Assembly (NCBI RefSeq): GCF_006345805.1
Contig: NC_043004.1
Coordinates: forward strand, 55,180,001 to 55,244,000
Direction: 5' to 3'
From: Octopus sinensis
Lineage: Eukaryota
DNA: 64,000 nucleotides
Below are positions 38,846 to 51,429 of this stretch, in pieces. Every line of letters begins with the position of its first letter. Within the stretch, counting starts at the first letter, position 1. The notes beneath the pieces were generated by a model. It was not told where the DNA came from. It ran no database searches and was given only the letters and a program-made list of their open reading frames with translations. A program made the position numbers and the translations under genes.

Positions 38846-39238
38846 CCGCTCGATAGCTGGTGTTGGTGTATTTACGTTGACGTAACTTAGCGGTTCGGTA
38901 AAAGAGTCATAAAAAAACTGGTATCGATTTGTTCGATTAAAATTCTTTGAGGCGGTGCCCCCAGCGAGGTTGCAGTCTGATGACTGAAAAATATAAAAGA
39001 ACCAATAAATTCCTTAGTAAAACTTTAAGCTAAGGGAGGTTCTTTGGTGCACATTACTAGTGGAGAGGCCATACTTACACAGAAAGAAAACTGGTGCGAT
39101 CAGGCTCAAATTTCGATCACGTAACAACAATAGTACCAACTATAAGCTTGCATGCGCGGAAGGCTGTGTGGCAATAACAAAGGTATGTTATGGTGAAAGT
39201 GCGGATAATTCTTTACTTCCCCATTTCCCTCGTATATA

Positions 39239-39800
39239 TACCAGACTAAGTAAAAAGTAAGCAACGTTTTGAAACATGAAATTCATCACAATATATTTCA
39301 ACAATGCGGAAATTGTATTCATCAAAGTAAGTACCATTACAGTCAACATATTTTTGTCAACGAGTTACAAGTTTGTTTATTTCGGTAACATAGAAATCTG
39401 GAGTTCTGGAGCTGATGAACTCTTTGAACGTACTTCCAGCATCGGTTCGATTTTTGAACTCTTTCTCTCGCAGGGGACCATCAAGATGCTTGAAAAAGTG
39501 GTAATCGGTAGGAGAAAGGTCTGAGGAATAAGCTGGGTGAGCAAGAACTTCGTAGCCAAGTTCTCTCAACTTCTGGAGCGTCATTACTGAAACGTGTGGT
39601 CGAGTATTGTCATGAAGAACGATCGGCCCTTTTCTGTTGACCAGTCTGGGACGGCGGAGTAGCAGTTTTTCCTTTCATTTTGGCAATTTCATGGCAGTAA
39701 TAGTTTTTCCGGGTTTTAAGACATAGTAGATGAGTCCAGAAGTACACCACCAAACAGTCACCATAACCTTCCTTTTGAATAGCTCAGGTTTAGGGAAAGC
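39239..39800 (-). mobile_element. Mariner transposase 3' end with TIR
   Basis: LGYEVLAHPAYSSDLSPTDYHFF...WQKYVDCNGTYFD. Terminus at TA|ccagact (39239). Confidence 0.85.
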
Positions 39801-39916
39801 TCAGGTCACAAGTCTTCACTCTGAAATACACACACACACACACACACACACACACCCATATCTATATGCACACACACATACATATATATACACATATATA
39901 CATATATTACACACAT

Positions 39917-39963
<47 letters not shown>

Positions 39964-40779
39964 CATACACACACACATACACCAGCCGTGTATCCCGTCA
40001 TTGTTGAATAATTTTAACAATAGAATATCTTGCCAGATTTTCGGAGTAGCACACCCACATAATTTGGATTTTCTCCTTTTCGTCCGGGGATTTTTCACTA
40101 CATTCTTGCAGATAAGGTGGTGGTGGCGGGGAGATTTTTATGAAAAATATTTTGAAAATTTATAAATCCTCTTCTCCTCTTATATAAATTCGGTGTGTGT
40201 TGCGTTCCATTACTTGATAAATGAAAAAAAAATGTATAAACAAACATCGTAACGCATGCTGAATGTAAAAACGAACGGGAGACAAACAGACTGTCAATAA
40301 TTCTTCATCAGTTATCGACCAATTGGTACTGTTCAATTTCGAACCTTTGACGATAAGACTGAACGATTCCGAATTGGCAGCGCCCGGAAAAATTAGGGAC
40401 AAGTGCAAACAAAACAAAGAAAAATACGGCCTTGGGGCCAAGGAGACAAGAATAGTGGGTAATAAATGTCTTGAAGGATGGAGGACAGAGAGATAGAGAC
40501 TTTGTGACTGGTCAGATAAGGAACTAGTCTAAAAAAGGAAGAAAAAGAGGAACTGGCCACCAGTCACGTGACAACAGCTGGTAGAGGGAAAAGACAGCAG
40601 GGAGAGTGAGTGACAGAGAAAAAAGGGATGGGGTTGAAGGGGAAGGAGAAAGGTTAGGAATACAAGGAGGAGAGAGAGAAAAGGAGTAAGTACAAAGGCT
40701 AGAATAGAAATGAGAAGGGGAGAGAAATAAAAAGAGAGAAATAATGAAGGCAAGAGAGTGAGAGTCACACGAGTATTAC

Positions 40780-41150
40780 TATTTTACTCTTTTACTCTTT
40801 TATTTGTTTCAGTCATATGACCGCGGCCATGCTGGAGCACCGCCTTTAATCGAGAAACTCGACCCCGGGACTTATTCTTTTGTAAGCCCGGTACTTATTC
40901 TATCGGTCTCTTTTTGCCGAACCGCTAAGTGACGGGGACATAAACACACCAGCATCGGTTGTCAAGCAATGCTAGGGGGACAAACACAGACACACAAACA
41001 CACACACGCATATATATATACATATATACAATGGGCTTCTTTCAGTTTCCGTCTATCAAATCCACTCACAAGGCATTGGTCGACTCGAGGCTATAGTAGA
41101 AGACACTTGCCCAAGGTGCCACACAGTGGGACTGAACCCGGAACTATGTG
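40780..41150 (-). mobile_element. SINE family B, full length
   Basis: tRNA-like head at ~41150 through to a (gagtaaaa)n tail at ~40780. Confidence 0.85.
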
Positions 41151-41699
41151 GTTGGTAAAGAAGCTACTTACCACACAGCCACTCCTGCGAGTATATATAT
41201 ATAAAAAAACTTACTTGTTAATACAAATTCTCCTTTCACCTTCCTCTTCATCCCTTTCCCTTTTTTTCTCTGTCGCTCCCACTCCTTGCTGTCTTTCTTC
41301 TTTGCCTACTGATGTTACTTGACCAGCGGCCAGTTTCTCTTTTCCTTCCTTTCTTAGACCGGTCCCTGAGTTGACCAGTCGCAAATTCTCTGTCTATCCG
41401 TTCTCCATCTTTCAAAACATTTTCTAAGCGTTACTCTCTATTCTCGTCTCCTTGGCCCCAAGGCCGTATTTTGTTTGACTATTCGTCCTCGTCCATCGTC
41501 CTAAATCACACTCTTGTGTCGTTTTGTTTTGTTTTGTTTGCTCTTGGCCATAATTCTCTGCAAGATTTTTTTTTTGCGGGCGCCGCCAATTGGGAAGCAC
41601 CAAGTCTCATTGTTAAAGGTGCGAAACTGAATAGAAACTGATGAAGAATTATGAAGCTTCCGTTTGTCTCCCGTTCGTTTTCACATTCAGTATATATAT

Positions 41700-41738
<39 letters not shown>

Positions 41739-42589
41739 CTGTAATATAATATGTGACAATTATTCGATTGCCATAATAAACTCCGAGTTTCGGATGTCGG
41801 GGCGAAAACCTGCTCCGGCATCTCTTCAGTTATCGAGGCAATCAAAATATGCTGTGAAAATGACCGTTAAACAAAGGAAAATTTCTATGTAGTTGACCGT
41901 TATTAAGACAAAAGAGCTATTAAAATGACCGTTGAATAAGGGGAAAAACCGAAGGGGAGGAAGTAAAAAGTAAAGGAGTAAAAATGCTCATAGCAATCGC
42001 GTATGCGCGCATGTACGTACATACACATACACGCACGCACACCCACGTACATGTGCCTATATGCATATGCTCACTCGCACTCGCAGGAAACACACACATG
42101 CGCGCCCACACATACGCCAACAGATGCACATATATATGCAACCATGCATGTACACGCATTCATATCCACATACACACGCGCGTGCACATACCCATACGCG
42201 CACAGTTATATTCAAATACACGTCTAAAAATACGTACATGCTATATATGCACATGCTCACTCACACTCTCATGTATACCCACGTATATATACAACCATAC
42301 ACATGTAGATATATACATACCCGCACATACACACACACACACGCGCACACAAAAGTTCATATACATGTTTATATACGCACATGCAAATGAAAAATTCAGG
42401 GTGAAAGGTAAAATATAGAAAAAATGTGTAAAAATATATAATGCAATAAAAACATAAAAATATATCTCTATAAATATGTAGAAAATATGTAAAAGATATA
42501 AAAAATATATGTAAAAAGTATAGAGAGATAAAAAGCTTGTACATGGACACAATATAAAAAGCAAGTTCTATCTATGATCTTGGGGGAAC

Positions 42590-42990
42590 CAAAAACGTAA
42601 CAAATATTTAGCTACATATGGACATGATTCAAAAAGTTCAGTTCTTGAATTTAGACATGTAGCGGGGTCTAAGCTGCTTTACCAGATGAGCCATCTTTCC
42701 ATATCACAAAGACAGCACTTTCCACTGCCGTTGGCTAAGATCTCCCAATGGATGTTGTAACTGAAACCTTTATCTTTTAAGGACCATATATGACTGGATA
42801 ATTTGGTCGTTTTCCTTTATGAAGCTCATGGTGTGATTGTTGAACCTGGTCTTGAAATTCCCCTCTGTAAGGCCCACATATTTCTTTGTCGAAATTGTGT
42901 CCTTAGTGGTTGTAGAGTCAACGGTGGTTTCACAAATGATGGTCTCGGACATGCAAGCTCCATTTAGCGGGCACAAAATTTTTATCCCTG
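42590..42990 (-). mobile_element. Penelope-like GIY-YIG endonuclease remnant
   Basis: CPLNGACMSETII..KYVGLTEGNFKTRFNNH and IHWEIL..KCCLC...CLNSRTEL. Confidence 0.8.
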
Positions 42991-43000
42991 CATATATATA

Positions 43001-43601
43001 TTTTTTATTGCCCACAAGGAGTTAAAACATAGAGGGTACAAACAAGGAGAGACAAAGGGATTAAATCGATTACATGGACCCCAGTGCGTAGCTGGTGCTT
43101 TATTTATTGACCCCGAAAGGATAAAAGGCAAAGTCGACCTCGGCGGAATTTGAACTCAGAACGTAACCGCAGACGAAATACCTATTTCTTTATTACCCAT
43201 AAGGGGCTAAACACAGAGAGGACAAACAAGGACAGACAAACGGATTAATTCGATTACATCGACCCCAGTGCGTAACTGGTACTTAATTTATCGACCCCGA
43301 AAGGATGAAAGGTAAAGTCGACCTCGGCGGAATTTGAACTTAAAACGTAACGGCAGACGAAATACCTATTTCTTTATTACCCACAAGGGGCTAAACACAG
43401 AGGGGACAAACAAGGACAGATAAACGGATTAAGTCGATTATATAGACCTCAGAGCGTGCGTTACTGGTACTTAATTTATCGACCCCGAAAGGATGAAAGG
43501 CAAAGTCGACCTCGGCGGAATTTGAACTCAGAACGTAACGACAGACAAAATACCGCTAGGCATTTCGCCCGGCGCGATAACGTTTCTGCCATCTCGCCGC
43601 C
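43001..43601 (-). mobile_element. SINE family A head-to-tail trimer
   Basis: One full copy (43366-43601) and two copies truncated at the same internal site (junctions at 43181 and 43365). Confidence 0.9.
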
Positions 43602-43610
43602 TTATTTTTA

Positions 43611-43950
43611 AGGGAAGCATTGTGAGGTTGTAAGTTTGATTCCCGGACCGGGCTGCGTGTTGTGTTCTTGAACAGGGCGCTTTATTTCATGTTGCTCCAG
43701 TTCACTCAGCTGTAGAAATGAGTTGCGAAGTCACTGGTGCCAAGCTGTATCGTCATTTGTATTTCCCTTGGATAACATTGGTGGCGTGAGAGGGGAGGCT
43801 GGTATGCATGGGCGACCGCTGGTCTTCTTTAAAAGCAATCCTAGGTTATGCGTTCGCCGGTGAAGCGACTTTCCGCCCAGACTTGTTCCCCGGAGGGGAA
43901 CCTCTTAGGTGCACCCATGGTTATTCGTGACCGACGGAGTCAAGTTGTTT
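43611..43950 (+). mobile_element. SINE with Meta/Deu/V-like central domain
   Basis: gttgctccagttcactcagctgta central motif, followed by a (CATT)n tail. Confidence 0.5.
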
Positions 43951-44246
43951 CATTCATTCATTCATTCATTCATTCATTCATTCATTCATTCATTCATACA
44001 TACATACATAAATACATACATACATACATACATACATACACAATTACGAATTAGAAATAGCGCTAGTATTGTAAACATTACCAACTGCACATAATGTATG
44101 TATTTTGCCTGTTTGCCGGAGATGACTCTTTCTTAGCACTGGATGTTAAAACAACTGAAAGTCAAATACAGGCGAGACAACTCGCCTACAGTCCCATTCA
44201 GGAGTGATGGATATTAATATTTCGCCATTTTGATATTTCGCCAAAA

Positions 44247-44477
44247 GGCGGCGAGCTGGCAGAAACTTTAGCACGCCGGGCGAAATGCGTAGCCGTATTT
44301 TGTCTGCCGTTACGTTCAGAGTTCAAATCACGCCGAGGTCGACTTTGCTTTTCATCCTTCCGGGGTCGATAAATTAAGTACCAGTTAAGCACTGGGGTCA
44401 ATGTAATCTACTTAATCCGTTTGTCTGTCCTTGTTTGTCTCCTCTATGTTTAGGCCCTTGTGGGTAATAAAGAAACA
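44247..44477 (+). mobile_element. SINE family A, full length with 12-bp TSD
   Basis: GATATTTCGCCA at 44232-44243 and 44478-44489. Confidence 0.9.
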
Positions 44478-44554
44478 GATATTTCGCCATTTTTTGTGGC
44501 TAATCAGCAACATGTACCTGAATCGAACCCGGAACGAATCGAATCGAAAGTCCA

Positions 44555-46230
44555 TCATGATCATCATCATCATCACCGTCTTTTAACGTCCACTTTCCAT
44601 GCTGGCATGGGTTGGGCGATTTGACTGAGAACTGGTAAGCTGGGAGGCTGCACCAGGCCCCAATCTGATTTGGCATGGTTTCTAAAGCTGGATAGCCTTC
44701 CTAACGCCACCCACTCTGACAGTGTAGTGGGTGCTTTTTACGTGCCACCGGTACTGACATCAGCCACGCTCGAATGATGCTTTTTACGTACCACCGGCAC
44801 GGGTACCAGTCAGGTGGCACTGGCATCGGCCACGCTTGAATAATGTTTTTTACGTGACACCGGCACGAGTACCAGTCAGGTGGCACAGGCATCGGGTACG
44901 CTCGAATGGTGCTTTTTACGTGACACCGGCATTAGCATGAGACACGGCATCGATTTCACTCGGTCCAATGTCTTCACAAGCACGGCACATCGCCCGACGA
45001 TTGGAGGTTGCTTTTAAACGGACCAGTTATGCGACACTGGTATCGGTCACGACCATAATCGCATTTGGCTTGCTGGGTCTTTTCAAGCAGGGCATATCTC
45101 CAAAGGTCTCGGTCGCTTGTCATTGACTCTGAGAGGTCCGAGGCCTAACGTCCGAAGGTCGTGCTTCACCACCTCATCCTATGTCTTTCTGGGCCTACGT
45201 CTTCCACAGGTTCCTTCCACCATAAGGGTGTGGTACTTCTTCACACAGCTGTCGTCATCCATACGCATCACATAACCATACAAGCGCAGTCGTCTCTCTT
45301 GCACACCACATCTGATGCTTCTTATGTCCAACTTTTCTCTTAGAACACTTACACTCTGTTGTACAAGGACACAGACATTACACATCCAGTGGATCATACT
45401 AGCTTAATTTCTTTCGAGTTTACGCATGTCCTCAGAAGTCATAGCCCATGTTTCACTTCCGTGTAGCATGGCTGTTCACACACAGGTATCATACAATCTA
45501 CCTTTCACTCTGAACGAGAGGGCTTTTGTTACAGCAGAGGTAGGAGCTCTCTGAACTTTGCCCAGCCATTTCTTATTCTAGAAACTCCGCTTCCAGAGAA
45601 CCCATCTCCGCTACCGACTTGGTCACCTAGGTAACGGAGGTTATCAACTGGCATGTGATGGAATCTGGTTTCTGTATATTTTCGGTGTTTATTGCACCTG
45701 TGCATCTCCCACACATAAAAACTATCTTCCCAGTTAATCTTCCTCTGATATTGCTGCACTTTTTATGTATCCATAGCTTACACTGGGTACATTTTATGGA
45801 GTTTCTACCTACGACTTTTCTACAGATCGAGCAAGGCCGTCTACCTGAAGGAATTTGTGATTTGTCCTCTTTACTGCTTACTAAGGTTTTTGCTAGGCCC
45901 TTCGATTTTAGACCTAGCTTCCACAACTGAAATTTCTCTAGGTCTGGTAGTAACTTAGCTATAAGAACAAGGCCATAAGCATAAAAGAGCTCCCAGGGGC
46001 AGCCTGACTTGAATTCTTCTCTTATTGTCTGAAGGACTATGATGAACAAGAGAGGGGGGCTGAGAACTGATCCTTGGTGAACCCCTACTTCTATCGCGAA
46101 TTCTTCGCTATACTCGTTGCCAAACCTCACCTTACTAACAGCATCCCTATACATGGCTTGTACAGCTATCACTAACTACTCATCTATCCTTAGTTAGCGC
46201 ACTGACCACCAGATAAAGGATCGGTGTGGG
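44555..46230 (-). mobile_element. RTE LINE 3' half, degenerate
   Basis: GVHQGSVLSP, CSICRKVVGRNSIKCTQC, RRLRLYGYVMRM. 3' UTR with tandem hairpin units and (GAT)n tail. Confidence 0.9.
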
Positions 46231-46566
46231 GTTGGGGTGTGTGCTGTGGAAGGCCTTCTAGATGAAAGGGCCCACGTCTATATATATAAATGATGTAAAA
46301 ACCATTTGCTGGTATGCCACAGCGATGCATACGTTCATTCGGACACGTTTTTTCTCTCTTTATTTTTACTATCATCAGCTACTCTTTCGTAATGGAACGT
46401 AGGCTCGAAACGTTAAAGGCTTCTATATTCCCCGAATGTTCACCTAATAAACCCTGTTTGTTGTTCTTTCACCTCGTCTTTGTTTTTTTTACTTCGACCA
46501 CACACACGCACACACATGCACGCGCACACACATGCACGCGCACACACATGCACGCGCACACACATG

Positions 46567-46618
<52 letters not shown>

Positions 46619-46832
46619 CACACATGCACGCATATATACACACATGCACGCATACTCACGTATATAGAGAGCTATATACAAGAGTAGAACCACATAAGTG
46701 TATATAAATGCGTGCTTCTATATGTATGTGTTTATGTATATATGTTTCTGTTTCTGTCTGTCTGTCTTTCTTCCACACTCTCTTGTCTATCTATCTGTAT
46801 ATATATATATATATAAATATATATATATATAA

Positions 46833-46878
<46 letters not shown>

Positions 46879-47299
46879 ATAAGGGAATGCAATATGTCTG
46901 TCATGCGGCTCACATAGCAATCAGACATAGTAATGTGTTACTTCAACGGATCTTCATTAGAGAGCATTCGTAAATATTTAGCTAACATCTCTTATGGCTT
47001 AAACACTGACGACCGGATGACCGGATGCCCTGTTCAATGTAATTTCACTATATGAGATTCTGAGTCACGAAACTAATTACTACAGAATTAATTAACATAA
47101 TAAATAATTCATTGAAATTCTCTGTTGGTTTGAACAATGTGCAATCCAGTTCTTGGAACAAATGAATCGCCTATTCATCGAATAACGGTACAAACGGTTG
47201 GACATTTCACAAACACATTTCTTTTTGTTTTTAGCTCAATCTTCAATCAAACGCATAAAGGTGCCATCTCGCCCAACCCCTAGAGTTACTGGTTAAGAC

Positions 47300-48125
47300 A
47301 GCGAGCTGGAAGAATCGATAGCACACGGGGCTTGGTGCTCAGCAGCATTTCGCCCGTCTTTGAGTTCTGAGTTCAAATTCCGCCGAGGTTGACTTTGCTT
47401 TTCATCCTTTCAATATCAATGAAATAAGTACCACTTAAGCAATGGAGTCGATGTAATCGTCTTTCTTTCATCTACAAATTGCAGGCCTTGTGTCAACATT
47501 TGAAAACAAAATTAGTGTTACTAATTAAGGCGGCAAGTTGGCAGAATCGTTAGCACGCTGCGCAAAATGCTTCGTGATATTTTTGCCTGTCTTTGCGTTC
47601 TGAGTTCAAATTCCGCTGAGGTCGACTTTGCCTTTCATCCTTTCGGGGTGTCGATAAAATATTTACCAGTTGAGCAATGGAGTCAACGTAATCGACTTTG
47701 TCCCTCCCCCGAAATTAGTATTACTGGTTGAGGCGGTAAGTTAGCAGAATCGTTAGCGCGCTGGATAAAATACTTAGCGGTATTTCTTTTGGTTCTACGT
47801 TCTGAGTTCAAATTCCGTCGAGGTCGATTTTGCCTTTCATCCTTTCGGGGTCGATAAATTAAGTACCAGTTACGCACTGGGGTCGATGTAATCGACTTAA
47901 TCTGTGTGTCTGTCCTTGTTTGTCCCCTCTGTGTTTAGCCCCTTGTGGGTAGTAAAGAAATAGGTATTATAAGTACTAATCAAGCACTGGGTTCAATGTA
48001 ATTGACTCACGGTCCTCCACTCACCCCCATCAAACGTCAGGCTTTTAGTGGAAAGAACATTGTGTTATTGGCTAAGGCGACATGGGAGAATCACTAGCAC
48101 GCCGGACAAAATGCTTAGCTGTTTT
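47300..48125 (+). mobile_element. Cluster of 3-4 co-oriented SINE family A copies of differing age
   Basis: Heads near 47300, 47527, 47732 and 48070. The 47732 copy carries the long tail ending at 47963. Confidence 0.8.
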
Positions 48126-49532
48126 TCTTTCGGTTTAGTTGAAAGGATAGAAATGTTACTGGTTAAGTACTACTCACACTCTTGTGGCAATAACTTAATC
48201 CGCGTACAGACTCACCGTCTTACAGTGAAGCATCGGGTGGACATTTTACATACTTTAAGTCTATTTTACGCATTTTACGTCTATTTCATTGACGTAGTTC
48301 GCGTCAGCTCGCAGTTATGATGGAACACAATTGCTAAAAGTGCAGCAGAGTAGGATCGAACCCAGGGCGTCATGATTGTCATCCCGATTGCTATACGAGC
48401 ATCTTAACCGTTCGTTCTTGACAGAAATGATATACCAGCAACTACAATAATACCACGATATTACACTGCAGTACAGATGAGCTAATGAGGGAGATATTTG
48501 GCTCTCGAGAAATAACCGCCTATTCTCCCTCATACTATTTTCTGTCATTAGAATCTAACGTGACTTTTTAACAAGTAGATTATATAATGTTAGACATTTC
48601 TAAATAGACAGAATGATCTCGGTTGGAAATCTTTTGATAATAGGTTTGCTAGATCAACTCCCAGTCTTTTGTAATTGCGAGTAGATCCGAGGCTGAGGAC
48701 CTATCAGCTAGCATCTTCTTCATGCCAGCTCTGACAAAAGCAATAGACTTCCTTGTTGATTAGAGGCTCTTGCAGTGGCTAATCTCACACCGGATGGTGT
48801 CTGTAATGACCTTCAAAACCTGGTCACGCTCCCTGAACTTTGAGTAAATAACAACAAAAACACAATCAACCTGATATTGTGTGAGATCATAAAAAAATTC
48901 TGTATCTTTAAAAACTAGAATAATATTTTGCCAAATAAAGTAAGCCGGGCAAAATACTCAGCGACATTTCGTCTGTCATTAATTTCTGAATTCACATTCC
49001 ACGGAGGTCGACTTTGCCTTTCATCCATCCGGGGGTCGATAAATTAAGTACAAGTTAAGAATTAGAGTTGACGTAATCGACTTGCTCCCACCTCGGGACT
49101 TGCTGGCCTTGTTCCAAAATCTGTAACCAATATTTTTCCAAATAAAATTTATTAAAAGTCCGAATTATAAAAAAAAAAAATTTTTTTCATTTTCTTTAAA
49201 TTTTGTGACGACATCTGATATTAATATCTTTAGAAACATTTTACACTGCAGTAAATAGAAAAAAATTTAAAAAATAATAAATACAAAAACTCTTCTCGTG
49301 ACCTTTATAGGAAGTGTACATCACATCCAAAGAAACAGTGATTACTTTGTTGGTCACCTCTTGTAGTTCATTCGCTTAACGAGGCTATTGTTCACGAAAG
49401 CATATATTCATACAGACAAGTAAACCGTCCATACATACATACACACACACACACATACATACATACATACATACATACATACATACATACATACATACAT
49501 AGAGAGAGAGAAATTTCTAATTGAGTATGCAC

Positions 49533-49565
<33 letters not shown>

Positions 49566-49578
49566 TGTATACATACGT

Positions 49579-49639
<61 letters not shown>

Positions 49640-49738
49640 ATACATACTTATATGTATATAATATATATATATATGTGTGTGTGCACCCGCACGTAAAAAT
49701 ATATATGCATGTGTGTATCTATGTATGTATATATATAT

Positions 49739-49840
<102 letters not shown>

Positions 49841-50177
49841 CATAGATACACACATGCATATATATTTTTACGTGCGGGTGCATACACATACATACAGACA
49901 CATACGCATATGCAAACGTACAGATGCATATAATGTTAGATGTTCATTAAATTTTTCCTTGAATTTCCCTATAAATTATAAACCACACTAATGATTACCT
50001 GCTGAGTGAAAATATGCATATGCCTAATAAAGTTGTCCTTATTTGTATTTAACTCTGTTTTTTTTTCAAATATGGCATATAAAGTTAGTTTAAAATATTG
50101 AGTAAAACAAAAATATTAACTCGTTACCCAGTAAAGAAGAAAATAATAAGAATGACGATGATAATATAATAATAATA

Positions 50178-50239
<62 letters not shown>

Positions 50240-50244
50240 GTAAT

Positions 50245-50900
50245 AATAATAGATAGAGCTGCACAATATATTCACTGGGTAATTTGCAAAAACCTGGATT
50301 TACCCCTGGTGGATACAATCCACCGCCAGTGTTTGAAAATGACCACATCTCACTCCTCTGGAACTTCACCTTTCAAACTGACAGGAAGATAGATGCAAAT
50401 AGGCCAGACATCATATTGAAAGACTTCATACAAAGAACATGCCTCCTCATTGATATGACTGTCCCAATCGATATAAACGTATCTGTCAAGACCTACCAAA
50501 AACTGAGCAAATATAAAGATCTTGAAATAGAAATCAGCAAAATGTGGAAGCTGAAGACTAAAACAATACCTGTTGTCATAGGTGCCCTGGGAATGATAGC
50601 GAAAGGGACTGATTGCTACCTAACTCAGATACCAGGAAACCCCAAAATGGCAAAAATTCAAAAGATAGTGCTCATGGGAACTGCTCATATCCTACGCAAA
50701 ATACTCTCTATGTAATCCCAAGGTTTAAAACAAACTTTTTTTTTTTTTTAATTTTATTTTTATGTATTAGACATTCACTGGTACAACACCAAAAAAAAGG
50801 GAAAGGAAGAAAAAAACCCCCAAATATATGGCACAGAACTTCCAACCTGTTGTCTCTTGAGGTCTCTGGGTGAGACTTGGAGCCAACTTGTACAGACATA
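50245..50900 (+). mobile_element. R4/Dong LINE 3' end (restriction-like endonuclease domain and 3' UTR)
   Basis: LLWNFTFQTDRKIDANRPDII...LIDMTVP..KLSKYKDL..PVVIGALG. Flanked by (TAA)n on both sides. Confidence 0.85.
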
Positions 50901-50968
50901 AAGCAAAAGTCAAACATAGAATAATAATAATAATGATGATGATGATAATAATAATAATGATGATGATG

Positions 50969-51004
<36 letters not shown>

Positions 51005-51034
51005 GTAATAATAATAATAATAATAATGATGATG

Positions 51035-51098
<64 letters not shown>

Positions 51099-51304
51099 TA
51101 ATAATAATAATGTTTATCTTGATATGAGATCACCATGTCGCGCACATACGGTTGTGATGCATGTGCCTGGTGTACCCTTATCAGACTGGTAGTCATGATG
51201 GGTATATTGGGCTTCGTATATTTTACCCGTGTGACTTTGATGGCATGCACTGCTCTCTCACTCAATAATAATAATAGTAATAGTAATAATAATGATAATA
51301 ATAA

Positions 51305-51351
<47 letters not shown>

Positions 51352-51429
51352 TAATAATAATAATAATAATAATATAATAATAATAATAAAAATAATAATA
51401 ATAGTAATAATAATAATAATAATAATCCA

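Noticed and set aside
43001-43601. CRISPR-like regular repeats (also 35010-35160 and 1180-1390)
   Set aside because: Eukaryotic context, no unique spacers, no cas genes; explained as SINE multimers, a minisatellite and a LINE UTR.
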